Below, piece after piece: positions 50,139-62,049 of a stretch of 64,000 nucleotides of DNA (its first letter is position 1; each line of letters begins with the position of its first letter). A program made the position numbers and the translations under genes. The notes under the pieces are model-generated. The model was not told the origin of the DNA. It did not search any database and saw only the letters and a program-made list of their open reading frames with translations. The stretch is from assembly GCA_973895155.1 (NCBI GenBank), contig OZ316892.1:23351168-23415167 (forward strand), in the 5' to 3' direction. This DNA comes from Marsupella aquatica (Eukaryota; Plantae; Marchantiophyta).

Positions 50139-50612
50139 ATGTCTCAAGAGTGGTCGCCCTCCAGTTCAGTTGAGTCCTCCCCCAATGGTGGTCCTCATGG
50201 TCGTCGATGTTTGCCAAATCATATTCGGAAATTACTCCCAGTTTCTCAACAGAGTGTACCCGAAATATCGGACTCTGATTCTGATGGAAGTTCTGAACCA
50301 GAACCTGGGGCTTACTATGTGTCACCTAGTAAACCTGATAAACGTCGGCTCCTAAACATTGCCTCCCCTCGGATGCAAAAGCTTTCTATCCAAGGTTTAG
50401 GTTCTAGACATCAATTTAGACCGTCTATCCCTAGGTATGGTGAAGGAATCAAGAAGACAATACGCGTATCGGCAACGAGATTGGGATCTCCAATTGACGC
50501 TTCAAGTTTCCAACAGGTGCCAGAGGAGAGAAGAGAAGGTCGAATGCAAACAGCGATACGTGTATCGCCATTTGCATTGCCTTTGAGGGAATCAGTTTTG
50601 CCACAGGTGTAG
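50139..50612 (+). CDS. Short Ser/Pro-rich ORF of unknown function, possibly a truncated paralog of the transposase N-terminus
   Basis: TATAAATA at about 50003. The acidic SDSDSDGS segment resembles the low-complexity N-termini of the DUF7869 genes. No domain was recognised. Confidence 0.3.
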   Translation: MSQEWSPSSSVESSPNGGPHGRRCLPNHIRKLLPVSQQSVPEISDSDSDGSSEPEPGAYYVSPSKPDKRRLLNIASPRMQKLSIQGLGSRHQFRPSIPRYGEGIKKTIRVSATRLGSPIDASSFQQVPEERREGRMQTAIRVSPFALPLRESVLPQV

Positions 50613-51302
50613 CGAAGGATATTTCTTGGGACAGACGTGAGAGCGCAAGGTACAATACACACAACGATACGTGGATCGCCATTTGCATTGCGTCGAAGAG
50701 AACTGGTTCTCAGCAACAGCAAAGACAACGGACTACAAAGTCAACAAGAAGCCTTAAATGATGAGTAACAAGCCCATACTTTAGGAACTCTAGCCAAAAA
50801 ATCAGAAAAACAACGAAAAAGTCAAAAAAAGTGCAAAAATTAGCACCTATTTTAGAGCAAAAATATGGAGCGAACAAAATATGACATAAACTAGCTATGT
50901 TTTGACACCTAAAAATGACCAAATTCATCTGAAGTTACATTCCACCAATAAATGATCTCAAATACAACACTATTATCTACAATGGTCTCACAATTACACG
51001 AGGTGTCTTTTGAAACAACAACTAAATCACCTCCAAAAGCCATTGTCATTTAAAAACCAGAAAATAAATTACTACAACTTAACCTGATACACATTATTGT
51101 GAAAAGAAGACAAGGAGAATAGAAATGACACCATCTAATTGAATTGAAACACAACCCACTAAGATAATATTAAACTACAAATTTCTCAAGAAACTTTAAC
51201 CATGAATTCATGAATAAGTGGTAAAGGCATTTTGAAAATTTGTAAATTTTCAAGTTATCCATGTTTTTCAATGGTAATGTCACAAACAATAACTACTTTT
51301 CA

Positions 51303-54300
51303 TTACTCAGATCCAGAAGTTCTCAATTCTTGAAACGAAATATCCCTAGATTTATCTCCTAGCGGGGTTCTAGTTGATCCATTCTCTTGTTCTTGCTCTT
51401 TCTCTTCTGCCAAAAATTCAGTCAATCGGATTTTGATTCGATCTACTGTCTTTTTGTACAATGTATCAGATTTTGTCAACATGAAGTTGTAAGCAAAAAC
51501 AGTCGTTGAAGATAAATCAAGCTCTTGGTGAAACCATATTGGTTTCAAAGTTCCTTTCCCACGACCACGTTTCTTCTTTTCGTAGTTTAAGACTTCTGGT
51601 AAGTACTTGGCTTTCCAAGGATCTGACCCGGTTTTTGGAGCATGCCATAAAACATAAATCATTTTTGGAATGTTGAACTCGTCGCGCTGGTCAATTCTTT
51701 CCACCTTGGCCACCCAAAATGTTTCCGATTCTTCTCCAGCAACAGAAATATAAGTGTTGACTTCAAGATCCGAAAAGTCTCCTTCCATATTCTCCTTCTC
51801 TGCATCTATCTTTCCTTGATTCCGATAAGGACCCACGTATATATCTCTGGTAGGTCCGTATACTCTCTCTTCAATTTCCTCTTCATTGACAAGGACTCTG
51901 GGAACTTCAGCAGCAACAGCAATCTCCCTTTGGGAGCGTGGCCATTGAAAAGGGAAAATCAATGGTCTTTGATCAAGGAGCAAAGATTTATTCAATTCCC
52001 GTTGCTCTTCAAAAAACATTCTCCACCAGTTCACTTCCTCTTCTGAGAATAAAGTTTCAACTGCAAGTATTCCCTTTTGAATCTCATTTAACGAATCATC
52101 CATCTCCTTCAAAGTCATTCTTGAAGAACTAGACATATTTGGTTGAGTCCTTGTAACGTTCTTATCCCCCTTTTTGAAAAGGGGTAATCCGGGAGCACAA
52201 CCCATCACCTTTTCTGGCTCCTCTTCCCTCAAAAATTTCACGCCTCCGTCAGGTTTCCAAGTTGAGTCCGTGGAAAACTTCTTCCCCCATTGGGTTGGAA
52301 CTTGATTTTCCAACTTGTCAAATGCAAATTTGTACTGGTGGTGGAAGGTAACATTTCGAATCCTTTCAATGACTAAAGGTGGATCTGAGAAGGCATATTG
52401 ACGGAAATCATATGTTTCCTTTAAAAGAGCGATATTTGGTTGGGGTTGATATGATTCACAAATAATATCACATAGGCTTTCGTATGTGAATGCCTTAAAC
52501 CTTGCTAGTCGTTTAGAAAATCGACTGAACATTTGATCTATTTGGTCGTGTGTGTGTCCAACCAACAAGAATCCTAGTTTGATTTTCCGAAAAACCTTTC
52601 TTCGAATCAACATATGAAGATAGGCAAAGAGTAAATTATTTTTATTTTCTCTACTGGTATTATCAAGTTGAAGATAGAGAACAGGCGGCAAGCCACCAGG
52701 CTTTTCTTCCCATTCGTGAAACACCCTTTGCAGGATTGTGACTGTCAAGTTTCCATCATTATGCAATACAGGATAATTAAGAAACACTCTTGAAAATAGT
52801 GCACCATTGAAAACCAGGCATCCGACAACGTGCATTTGGATCAAACATGTTTCGTCCACCGATTTTGGGGGCCGCGGCCAATGAGGCAACCTTGTCTTCT
52901 TCTGATCCATCCCATCAATGACAACTCCCAAATATTTATCAGAATTTGAAAAACATTTCTTACGATGCTTCGCGAGTTTCTCACGTTCTTTGGATTGTTG
53001 GTCTCTATGTTTTTGTAACATAATTTCCCCTCGCCCTGGAAAAACAACTTGTTAGTTTCTTAAAAAAAAAAATTAGAAATCATGTGTTAAGCCATATTCT
53101 TGAAACAAAAACTTGTCAAACTTGTAAGCAACTTACTCTTTTCGGTCTCCGAGACAGCTTTGTCCCGAATTGATTTGAACTCCTCGCAATCCGCGCAAGC
53201 ACTGAATCGATTGACTGGAGGAATCTTCACATGACCAAATTCTTGAACCCAAACTTTCAAGAATTGTCGATAGGATATTTTTGAAGATTCATCAATCTTG
53301 GCATAGTTGGAGTCGTAGATCTTCCATACCTCCAGCTTTGAATAATTATCCGGTAAATGTGAAACTTCTTTATTTGGCAATGTTTCCACGCGTGTCTCAA
53401 AAAACGACCTAAGCCAACTGACCAAGACTAATCTTTTAACAGATGGAGGGCGTCCAACTGGTTTAGAATATCCTAAGTCTTGGTTGTCTAATTTCAAAAT
53501 TCTATTTAATCTATGATTGCCAACGCAAAATATAAGCTTGAAAGCTTTCCGACAAATACTCTTTTGACCAAACGTGTAAGATATAGTCTGCCTCCCTCCT
53601 TCATTTCCGTCTCGCTTTATAAGCCACTGCAAAGATAAAGATCGATCCTGAGATTTCTGCCTCAAAAATTTAGAACGGGCCTCACGAATTTCTTTTGGAG
53701 ATAGACTTAGGAGACAATGACTCTGACAACAGTACTTACTATTTGTTTTCTTGATATCCTCCTCTTTCAACTTTGTTTCACACAAAGTGGCGTTGCTCGT
53801 ACGTTTGTAACGACTAGATGCCACCGGAACATCATCATCCTCCCCACTCTCCGAAGACTCGCTTTCATTCGATGATGAAATGGTCACCAACATTTGCTTC
53901 TGAACATGCCTAGATTCCAGACCTGCAGCCTTCGGAGATGGAGGCTCTTCCTTCACTCTATGCACCCTTGGAATACCTGGGCGTATTTCAGAAATCCCTC
54001 CATTACCGTGTAGGGACCCTTTCAATATTTTCCTAGGGTCCCTCTCCACCAGGTTGGTTTCCCTGTTTGAGTTTCCGTGACTTGATCCGCTCCCTGCCCC
54101 AACACCATGACTCCTAGGTAAAACTGAGGAACGCACATTAGAATTCTTTTCTGGAATACTTTTCAATAACACTGGTCGTCTAGTTTCTTCCCTCATCCCC
54201 CTGTGAAATGTTTCCGACGTTGGCTTACCAAAGGTTTTACTTTTTGGCATTTGCTTCAGCCGCTGAACACTTTGCAGACTGCAAAAATCTCTGTCATTTT

Positions 54301-54703
54301 CCCCACTTAGTGCCTTCTTCGTCTTTCCAAATCCAGTCTTCATGAATTCATGAGACCGTTTCCCAGACATCCAAATAGGCATTGAACCTTCCAGATTACT
54401 CCCCAATTTGTCCTTTGTTGGTGACAAAGGAGATACAACTTGACGTCCAGGGGGACCAATACTCTCCAAGGAGTCAGAGGAGCTCCCTGACCTCTCTTTA
54501 CCACCGACCAATGATTTCTTCCCACTAATTGCAAGTCATAAAGGACTACGTTTTAACTTGCTCATAGGGGTGGGGGGTGGCATATCTAAAACAGTAGTTA
54601 TTCCAGGGATATCTGGGCCAACCACTGTGCAGGGGCCATCCGGCAATGAAACATCATCAGAAACTCCATCTGAATAATCATCTGATTCGTAACACGCCGC
54701 CAT
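51303..54703 (-). CDS. DUF7869 / Sola-like DDD transposase 1 (exons 54703-53137 and 53035-51303; one premature TGA at 54536-54538)
   Basis: Motifs: CCQSHC, ICRKAFKLIFCVG, FSACADC, IDGMDQ, LYLQLDNTSRENKN, FLLVGHTHDQIDQMFS, plus a C-terminal FWVAKV...YVLW beta module. It has a phase-1 GT-AG intron and TATAAATA on the minus strand near 54802-54809. Confidence 0.85.
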
Positions 54704-55246
54704 TGGAAAAACTAGTGCAAATTGACAAGAAACTCAGAAAATCAGTAAAATCTAACAAATGTTCTCAAAATAATGACCAAGAGTCATGAATAAACGAGCC
54801 TATTTATAGTTTTTCACGGATTGTTGGGACTTTTTAACTTCAAAAATATCAAATATTCATGAAATTTGCAAGCTTTTACCCGTTAATACCCCGAAATATT
54901 CATGAATAATTGGCCCAAAAACATTGATTTATCATGATTCTGGGTTAATTTTACTAAGTCGCGCCTGATCCGTGATTAGTATGTATAACCAAGGAACACG
55001 GGGCAGCCCATTCATTTTCACTCAATGTCATTTGGATTTCCTTTGTAAAAGAGTGAAAAACAATCTCGCTATCCAATTTCGTGCCATTTTCAGCACTCAT
55101 CGGCGACGTGTCGCGAGTTGTCGCGGTCGCACTTCATTTCAACCCTGTTTTAGGTAGTAATTTAGGCCCTGGGTGATGTCTTCACGTCACCCCCTCCGAA
55201 CCCTATTTTAAATACCCTTCTGCATCACCGAGGTGTACAAGCAAAG

Positions 55247-55396
55247 AGAGAGGAGACTCCCTTCATGAATTCATGAAGGTCGGAGCGAGAGGGAGACTCC
55301 CTTCATGAATTCATGAAGGTCGGAGCGAGAGGGAGACTCCCTTCATGAATTCATGAAGGTCGGAGCGAGAGGGAGACTCCCTTCATGAATTCATGA
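55247..55396. repeat. 40-bp tandem repeat x3.7 containing the perfect 20-bp palindrome CCTTCATGAATTCATGAAGG
   Basis: Palindromes at 55260, 55300 and 55340, plus a partial one at 55380. The array lies between a TATA-like box (about 55204-55214) and the methyltransferase ATG. Confidence 0.95.
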
Positions 55397-55561
55397 TAGG
55401 AGTCCTGGGGTGGCCGAGAGCGTTGTTAGATCCGTAAGGACACGGTTTTAGTAGCCATTTGTTGGCACATTCCTTGGTTCTGTGGCACTTTGTCTCGCAG
55501 GTTGGGGTTGAAGTGGACTGATTTTGTGGTATGTTCTCAGGTTTGAAGATCAGGCAAAAAC

Positions 55562-58500
55562 ATGACAATGTCGCAGGAAGAGCTGGTGGATGACATCTTT
55601 TCGCGCCATCCTTTGACGGACTTCCACAACTCATCCTGGACGATTTCCTTAGGGACGGAAACATGGAAGAAGCCCTTCCTAATGCTGTGTGTATTTGAGG
55701 GGCTTCCATCGGGGGCATTAGGGTGGGTAAATTACGGCCGCATCGATGTATTTCGACGGGGCGACGAAGTTGTGAACATGTTGATCACAACGAAGGAAAC
55801 ATCAACTTTGATTGTCGTGGATGTGGAGAGGTTTTCTGGAACGGCTGCCACCTGCTATCTCGATGAGGACATCGATAGCATCATTGAGACTGTCAAGTCT
55901 CTTTCGAGTGAGGAACGTTACCACGACGTCGCGGGAAAGATTTCCGGTTTTGTGTTTGAATTTCACGCTAGCACTTTAAAGAGTGCAATCCGAAAATCAA
56001 GAGAGATTCTCCGGAAAAGGTCGGCAGAGAAGGGAGTAAGTCGTCCACCCAAATCTGGGGCTTCCGGTGTTCCTTCTGGATCGAGGCCTAGCATTTTACC
56101 CGATGATATTTTGACCGTGGTAGCGCCTACAACCTCCCGGGAAGCAGCAGCATCTGGAGGGGGATCTCAAGTTGGCAGATCATCCCAGGGAACGACTTTG
56201 ACTGGTGGGTCGGCACAAGGTACGACTGGAACTCGCATTTCTTCAAAGAAGCGACCTGCTATGACTCCTAAGCCTACCGAGCCCAGTGCTACAAAGTCAA
56301 AAAAGAAGACTTTGGAGAAAATTCCAACGCATTTGGAGCAAAAGGCTCAATCAATGTCAATGGATGCACGGGTATTGTACCAGGAGGAGATTCTGGGAAG
56401 ATGTGGTGTTCAAGAGGAGACCGTGACCGTTGACATTGGTCAACTTTACCCTCCAGTGAGAGAGAAGGCTGTGGGCTTGCCCATTTACCAGGTCCGACAC
56501 ATCCAACCATATTTCTTGACCCAATTGACCTTGCGGATGAAGACTGTGGGTGCCAGTCCACTTGCAGCTCCGTTTGTCCTCTTGGTGGATCCGAAGGAGT
56601 GTGCTACTAGGCAAGACTTTGATTTTTCAAGGAAAGCTGATTACCATTATTATGTGATTGGGGGCAACCATTCAGCCTGTGCCAAAGCAGACCTTGCTCT
56701 TCAGTTCCCTAACAACAAGGCATTTCGGAGAGTGCAATCTTGGATATTTGCGGGATTGAGTGTGCAAGAGGCAAGAAACCTTGCGTGGAGTCACAATATT
56801 GATTCTGAATTTCGACAACAGATGACGACAATCCAGAGAGTAAATTATATTCACATGAGATTTGTTGAGAATGGATTGTCGTCCAACCAGGATTTCAAGA
56901 AAGAGTGTGCTACTGAAATCAATCTCAAGGATTGGGGTGTACGAAAGGATGCTGAGGTTCTTAATGCCAATGATAACCTATTTCAGTTGGCATTCCGACA
57001 AGATCCTGTGTGGTCATTTGTGAGGCAGATTTGTGACAAGTGGGAGATGTGTGAGATCAAAGGTCAAAAAGGAGACAAAGGCAAGAAGAAAGTCTCTAAG
57101 TCTGGAGATGCCAAATTGCCTTATGAAGACATGAAATTAACAGAGTGGAGACACATGCAGGCCTTGAAAGATCCTGATATGATTTGCCCAGTGTTACAGA
57201 GAGTTCTTACTAAAGAACTCTCTTTACAGGAAATGGGTCACGAATTTACTCGACACAAATTTCAGATGCAGGTGCAGAAGGCCTTCCTCACGTGTCTACA
57301 CGAGGAGAGTTGGTCAGGTTGTAAAACCAAGTACCCTGAGCATTGCACAGACAATGTGCTTAAGAATTTTGTACCGGTTTTCCAGACATGGGTAAGATTC
57401 TGTCACCTTTCTTCGAATGATTGTTTGAATTCATTTAATATTTGGAATCCTTGTTTCTAATTCTACAGTTCCTTTTTGTAGAAAGATACCACCTCCCGGA
57501 AAAAGAAGGGAGATGAGGAAGGCAAAGATCTCAAGTCATTCCCGGACAAATTCAATGCGCATATTGTGCAAGCCCAAAATTGGCTATCCATGAAGACTTC
57601 TAGTCGGCAAACCCAAGAGGGGGAACTTCATCCAAATTCGTTTGAGCATCCAGAGTTTGGTGATGTGCACTATGATATTTTTACTCATGATGCTCAGCGA
57701 TTACATGAGGTGGTTCCGGGTCGGGCTTACACATTAGCTTTAGTGGATATTCCCTACGGGTTTGCATTGCCTGGATGTCTTCATGAAGACACTATTGGAT
57801 GGGGAACTGAGGAGATCACAAAAATGGTCCAATCGTTCAAGGTGGCTACTACTGCAAAGTTGTGGCGTATTATCATTCACCACAGCCTTGACCAATATGA
57901 GGCCATCAAGACCGTTTTGAAAGCGGAGTGTAATGGAGGGTTCCAGAATTGTGTGTGGTAAGAAATATTTGTTTTTGAAAAAAACAACTATTAGTTATTC
58001 ATGATTTCATGAACCATGTTTCTCAGTTTAAATAACTCCTTGACTTTTTGTGACTTTTCAGGGTTAAGGATAATGTGAAGAATGCTGGTGGACCAAGATT
58101 GAACAACAACTTTGAGTGCTTTACAATTGGCTTTCACAGCCAGGATGGTAAACGGTCATTGGAGCACTTCAATTTTGACACAAATGAATCAAGGAACAAT
58201 GTGGTTGTATGCGCAGCTGTGACTAAGAAGCTGAAACACAACGGGGATAACAAGGCAGTGAATGTTTATCAGAAACCACGTGCATTGTTAGATTGGGAAG
58301 TGAGTCATTTTAGTCAGGTTGGAGACTGGGTTTTGGATATTTGTTCAGGATCAGGGACTGGGACAACCTCCTCCTTGGCCATGGGGAGACATTGCGTTGC
58401 CATTGAGATTGACGAGCGACAGAGCAGTGTGTTGAAAGGGAGGATTCTTAACCTTGCAGATAACATTGAAGAGGAAGACGGACAGGGGGAGATGGATGAG

Positions 58501-58623
58501 GAGAGTGAGGAAGACATTCCTCAGGCCGGAGAGGATAGCGTGGTTGACGATGCCACAATTGTTCCAGAATTGACGACAGGGACTTCCGGAACCGAGGAAG
58601 GGGAAGCGGTCCCTTTGGATTAG
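55562..58623 (+). CDS. ParB-like + beta-class N6-adenine/N4-cytosine DNA methyltransferase 1 (3 exons, 955 aa, intact)
   Basis: Exons 55562-57391, 57482-57957 and 58062-58623 are GT-AG, in frame and total 2868 nt. A ParB/Srx-like YYVIGGNHS motif comes first. Catalytic motif IV LVDIPYG precedes YQKP...VLDICSGSGT...GRHCVAIEID (motif I), which is the permuted order of the N6_N4_Mtase family. Confidence 0.88.
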
Positions 58624-59025
58624 ACTAGATAAATAGAGGGACTCGTAGCATTTGAAACCACTTGGGCTTAAGTTGGGTTATATTTTGTAAAACTTTGAGT
58701 TTGACTTAAACTCTGATCGATGAGTTTGATTTTGATTACTTTTATAAAGTGCATATTTCAAGGTTTATACAATTGTGAGAATATCATATAAGATATGCTT
58801 AGATTTTGGTGGTAAAATTCTCTTGAGTCTAGTTTGGAAAATACATACCATTTTTTGGTGGTTTTTTGGTATACACTTTTTAATATCATGAAGATTTTGA
58901 AAAGAGAAATAAGGCTTTGGACTCATCCCTTAAGGCTTCTTGTTAGTCCAGAATCTGCGCAATCTCAAATTGTAGTGGGGAGATGTGTACAATGATTATT
59001 CGATGCTTCTCCAATCAATGGACCA

Positions 59026-61884
59026 ATGGCAGCCGCTCGTGTACACAATACAAGTTTGGGGAACAATCAAGACACACCATTGATGACCGCCAGACCCACT
59101 TCTGCAACTAGGAGTGTTTCTAGACAGCCAATTAGACGTCTTCAAGTTGCTAGACGAGGCCTCACTAGTTTTAGCGGAGTTCAAATTATGTACAGAGAAC
59201 CAAGAAGTCCAATAGTGTTTTCTGATGAGTCAAGTGAGGAGGAAGATGTTGAGGAAAATAGACAGTCGCAAGCCATTGCACAAGTTGTATCAGAATGTTT
59301 GGAAACAAATGAGGGCGAGAGTAGCTATAGTCATCTCTTTAGTGATCCGAGAAATCCCACTCTACCTTCAGATGATAGTAGCTCAAAAGATACTAATGGT
59401 TCTATTCCGGAAGTTGCAGAGAGACAAGAGAGTGAAAATTCACTCCATGGATTTCACAGTATGGAGAAACAAAAGGAGCTTAGCAAGAAAGTGAGAGACA
59501 AGCTTGTGAGGAAAGATAATGTTACAAATCAAAATTTAAAGACAAAAAAAATGAAAGAAGTTTTTAAGTACCATGTTGTGATAATTTGTGTTTGAGAAAT
59601 TTTGGTCTAGATTTAGTGACAAAACACCGAACCTTCTATTATGGCTTATCATCGACCAAGAAGAACATACTTCTAAGGGGCTGTTTGAAAAGTGGGCACG
59701 GTGGTCCAACCGGTTACATTGTTGACGGGAGATCTTTTTGTCGAGAAGGTTTCAAGAAATTATTTTCCGTTGGAAATAATCGGCTGCACAGAATCTCAAG
59801 GAATACGTTTTCTCGTATTCAAAATGACACATTTTGCAAGGAAAAATCGGTTACTCATCTTTCACTAGTTCAATGGTTGAATGAGTTTTTCATGTCAAAT
59901 GTTGAAAGTCTTCCAAACAAGGACATCTTCCACTTACTAGACAATTGGATGAAAGCTAAAGTATTTGATGCTTTCAAGACTGATACTATGGTGCGGAAGG
60001 AAACCGAGATCACATATTCTTGGTTTGTTTGCATCTGGAACAAAGAGTTCCCCAGGGTGCATATTCCAAAAAATAGTCGCTTCTCCACATGCGGTCCTTG
60101 CATAGAGTTCAAAGCACTTCGCGACAAAGCAGTACTTGAAGTAGAAAAACGTAAGTTGTGTCTACCTTTAAATAAGTAAAGGATTGATGTTAAGTACTAC
60201 ATTATTTACTTGTTTGGTTTGGTGATGCGGTTATTATTGACAAAACATTGACGTTCATTTGACAGGAAAATATTCAACACTTTTGAACCAACATCGGAAA
60301 GCACAAGGAGTTGAGAGGGAGAAATTAGCAAAGCACCGAAGCAAGTGCTATAAGAGTCCAGAAAATTATTTGGGGATCTGCATTGATGGTATGGATCAAA
60401 AAAAGACTGAGTTGCCACATTTCACTAGGTGCCCCAAAAACATGGACGAGAAGTACTTTATTCCGGTACATGTGGTGGGTTGTTTGGTGTTCAATGGACA
60501 TTTGACATCAAAAGTGTTTTTGAATTATCCAAACATTCACAATGACACCAACTTGACAGTGCATGTGATGCAACATATTTTAAATAGTTGGGAAGGTCCA
60601 CTCCCTCCAGTGTTGTATCTACAACTTGATAATACCCCTCGAGAAAATAAAAATAAATTTCTCATGGCATATTTGAATATGCTTGTTGAGATGAGGGTTT
60701 TCCAAAAGATCAAAGTTGGTTTTCTTTTGGTTGGACATACCCATGATCAGATTGACCAAATGTTCAGCAAGTTCTCCTCAAAATTAAATAAGCAAAAAGC
60801 TTTTCGGGTGGATAGTCTTGCAGACATTCTCAAGGATTCGTACAATCCAAAGGCTGAGATAATTTTTGTTGAAGAGGTTGCTGATTTCAAGAAGTTTGTG
60901 TCGGATAAAGACCAACCCAATGACATGGGAGGTATTGGGCATGTTTTGTGTCCTCTACATGGTATTAGTGGTCAAAAGCAATTTAGGATGAAGAGGGTTG
61001 TAGGAGAGAATGGAGGAACTTCAACTTTGTTTCACGCAAAGCATCTTTCTAGCACTCAAAGTTGGGGAGAAGCAGTGGAGTTCCTTAGATACATCCCCAC
61101 ATCTACCATGTGGGTTGCTGCACAAATGGCATTGAAATCTACAACCAGAGCAACAGTGGAGAATGATGAACATGATGACGGAGGCAATGGAGACGAGCGT
61201 CTTCTCTACAACCATGTTGCAGTCCTGGAGAAATATCGCAAATCAATTGAAGATGGATTCAATTACTTTGATGATGAGGATAAACTTTGGTGGCTCCATT
61301 TCTTTGACAACCAGAAAGAAGTGATTAAACACCACTTGAAGGCAGGACAATGGGTTTTTGATTGGACGTGGCCAAAATCAAATATTGGAGTAGAGACTCC
61401 AAGAAATGCACTTCCCCCACAAATAGAGCTAGCCTTGCTAGATAAAATTGCAGGCGCAACAACAGTCATGTACTCTGGAACAAGGAAGAAGAAAGCAGTC
61501 GAGGGAGACTTCAAAGATCTTGAAGTGAACACTAAATATGCAATGATTTGCGTGGCTGCATATAGGGATCCAAACAGCAGACCATTTTGGATGACAAAAG
61601 TCATAGATATTCTATCCAAAGTACAAGATGTTCCAGAGAACATCAAAATTGTATGGTATACAATGGATTCGCGAGAAGGGTCTGCTATGGAAGGTCAATA
61701 TTACCCTGAAAAAGCTGCATCCTCTAACAAGTTACTTGAGGACACATTGTGCCTCTCAGAAACCGCAGTTTATGCATATAATTTTGCACTGCTCTCAAAC
61801 AACACGCTTCCAGTACAAACAAAGCGAATCATCCAAGCAGCAATGCTCGACACGGAAATCATTGATGCAGATGACTGTGACTAG
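59026..61884 (+). CDS. DUF7869 / Sola-like DDD transposase 2 (frameshift near 59545-59570; intron 60151-60265)
   Basis: Same motifs as transposase 1 (CCDNLC, FCREGFKKLFSVG, FSTCGPC, IDGMDQ, LQLDNTPRENKN, VGHTHDQIDQMFS, FWMTKV...IVWY). The phase-1 intron is at the identical position after DKAVxExEK. Confidence 0.85.
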
Positions 61885-62049
61885 TTAGAGTAGGAAAAGT
61901 GCAGATAGGTAGGAATGTTGTTGGGAATGCTACATCCGATACATGTATCGCCAATTGCATTTCAAACCTCAAATAGAGATATGTTTATCAAGGTTCTCAA
62001 TCATTAATAGAAAGCCTTGATAAATCCTTAATAGTGTTATTGCACACAT

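Noticed and set aside
55247-55396. CRISPR-like array of palindromic repeats
   Set aside because: The intervening sequences are identical rather than unique spacers, there are no cas genes, and the context is eukaryotic.
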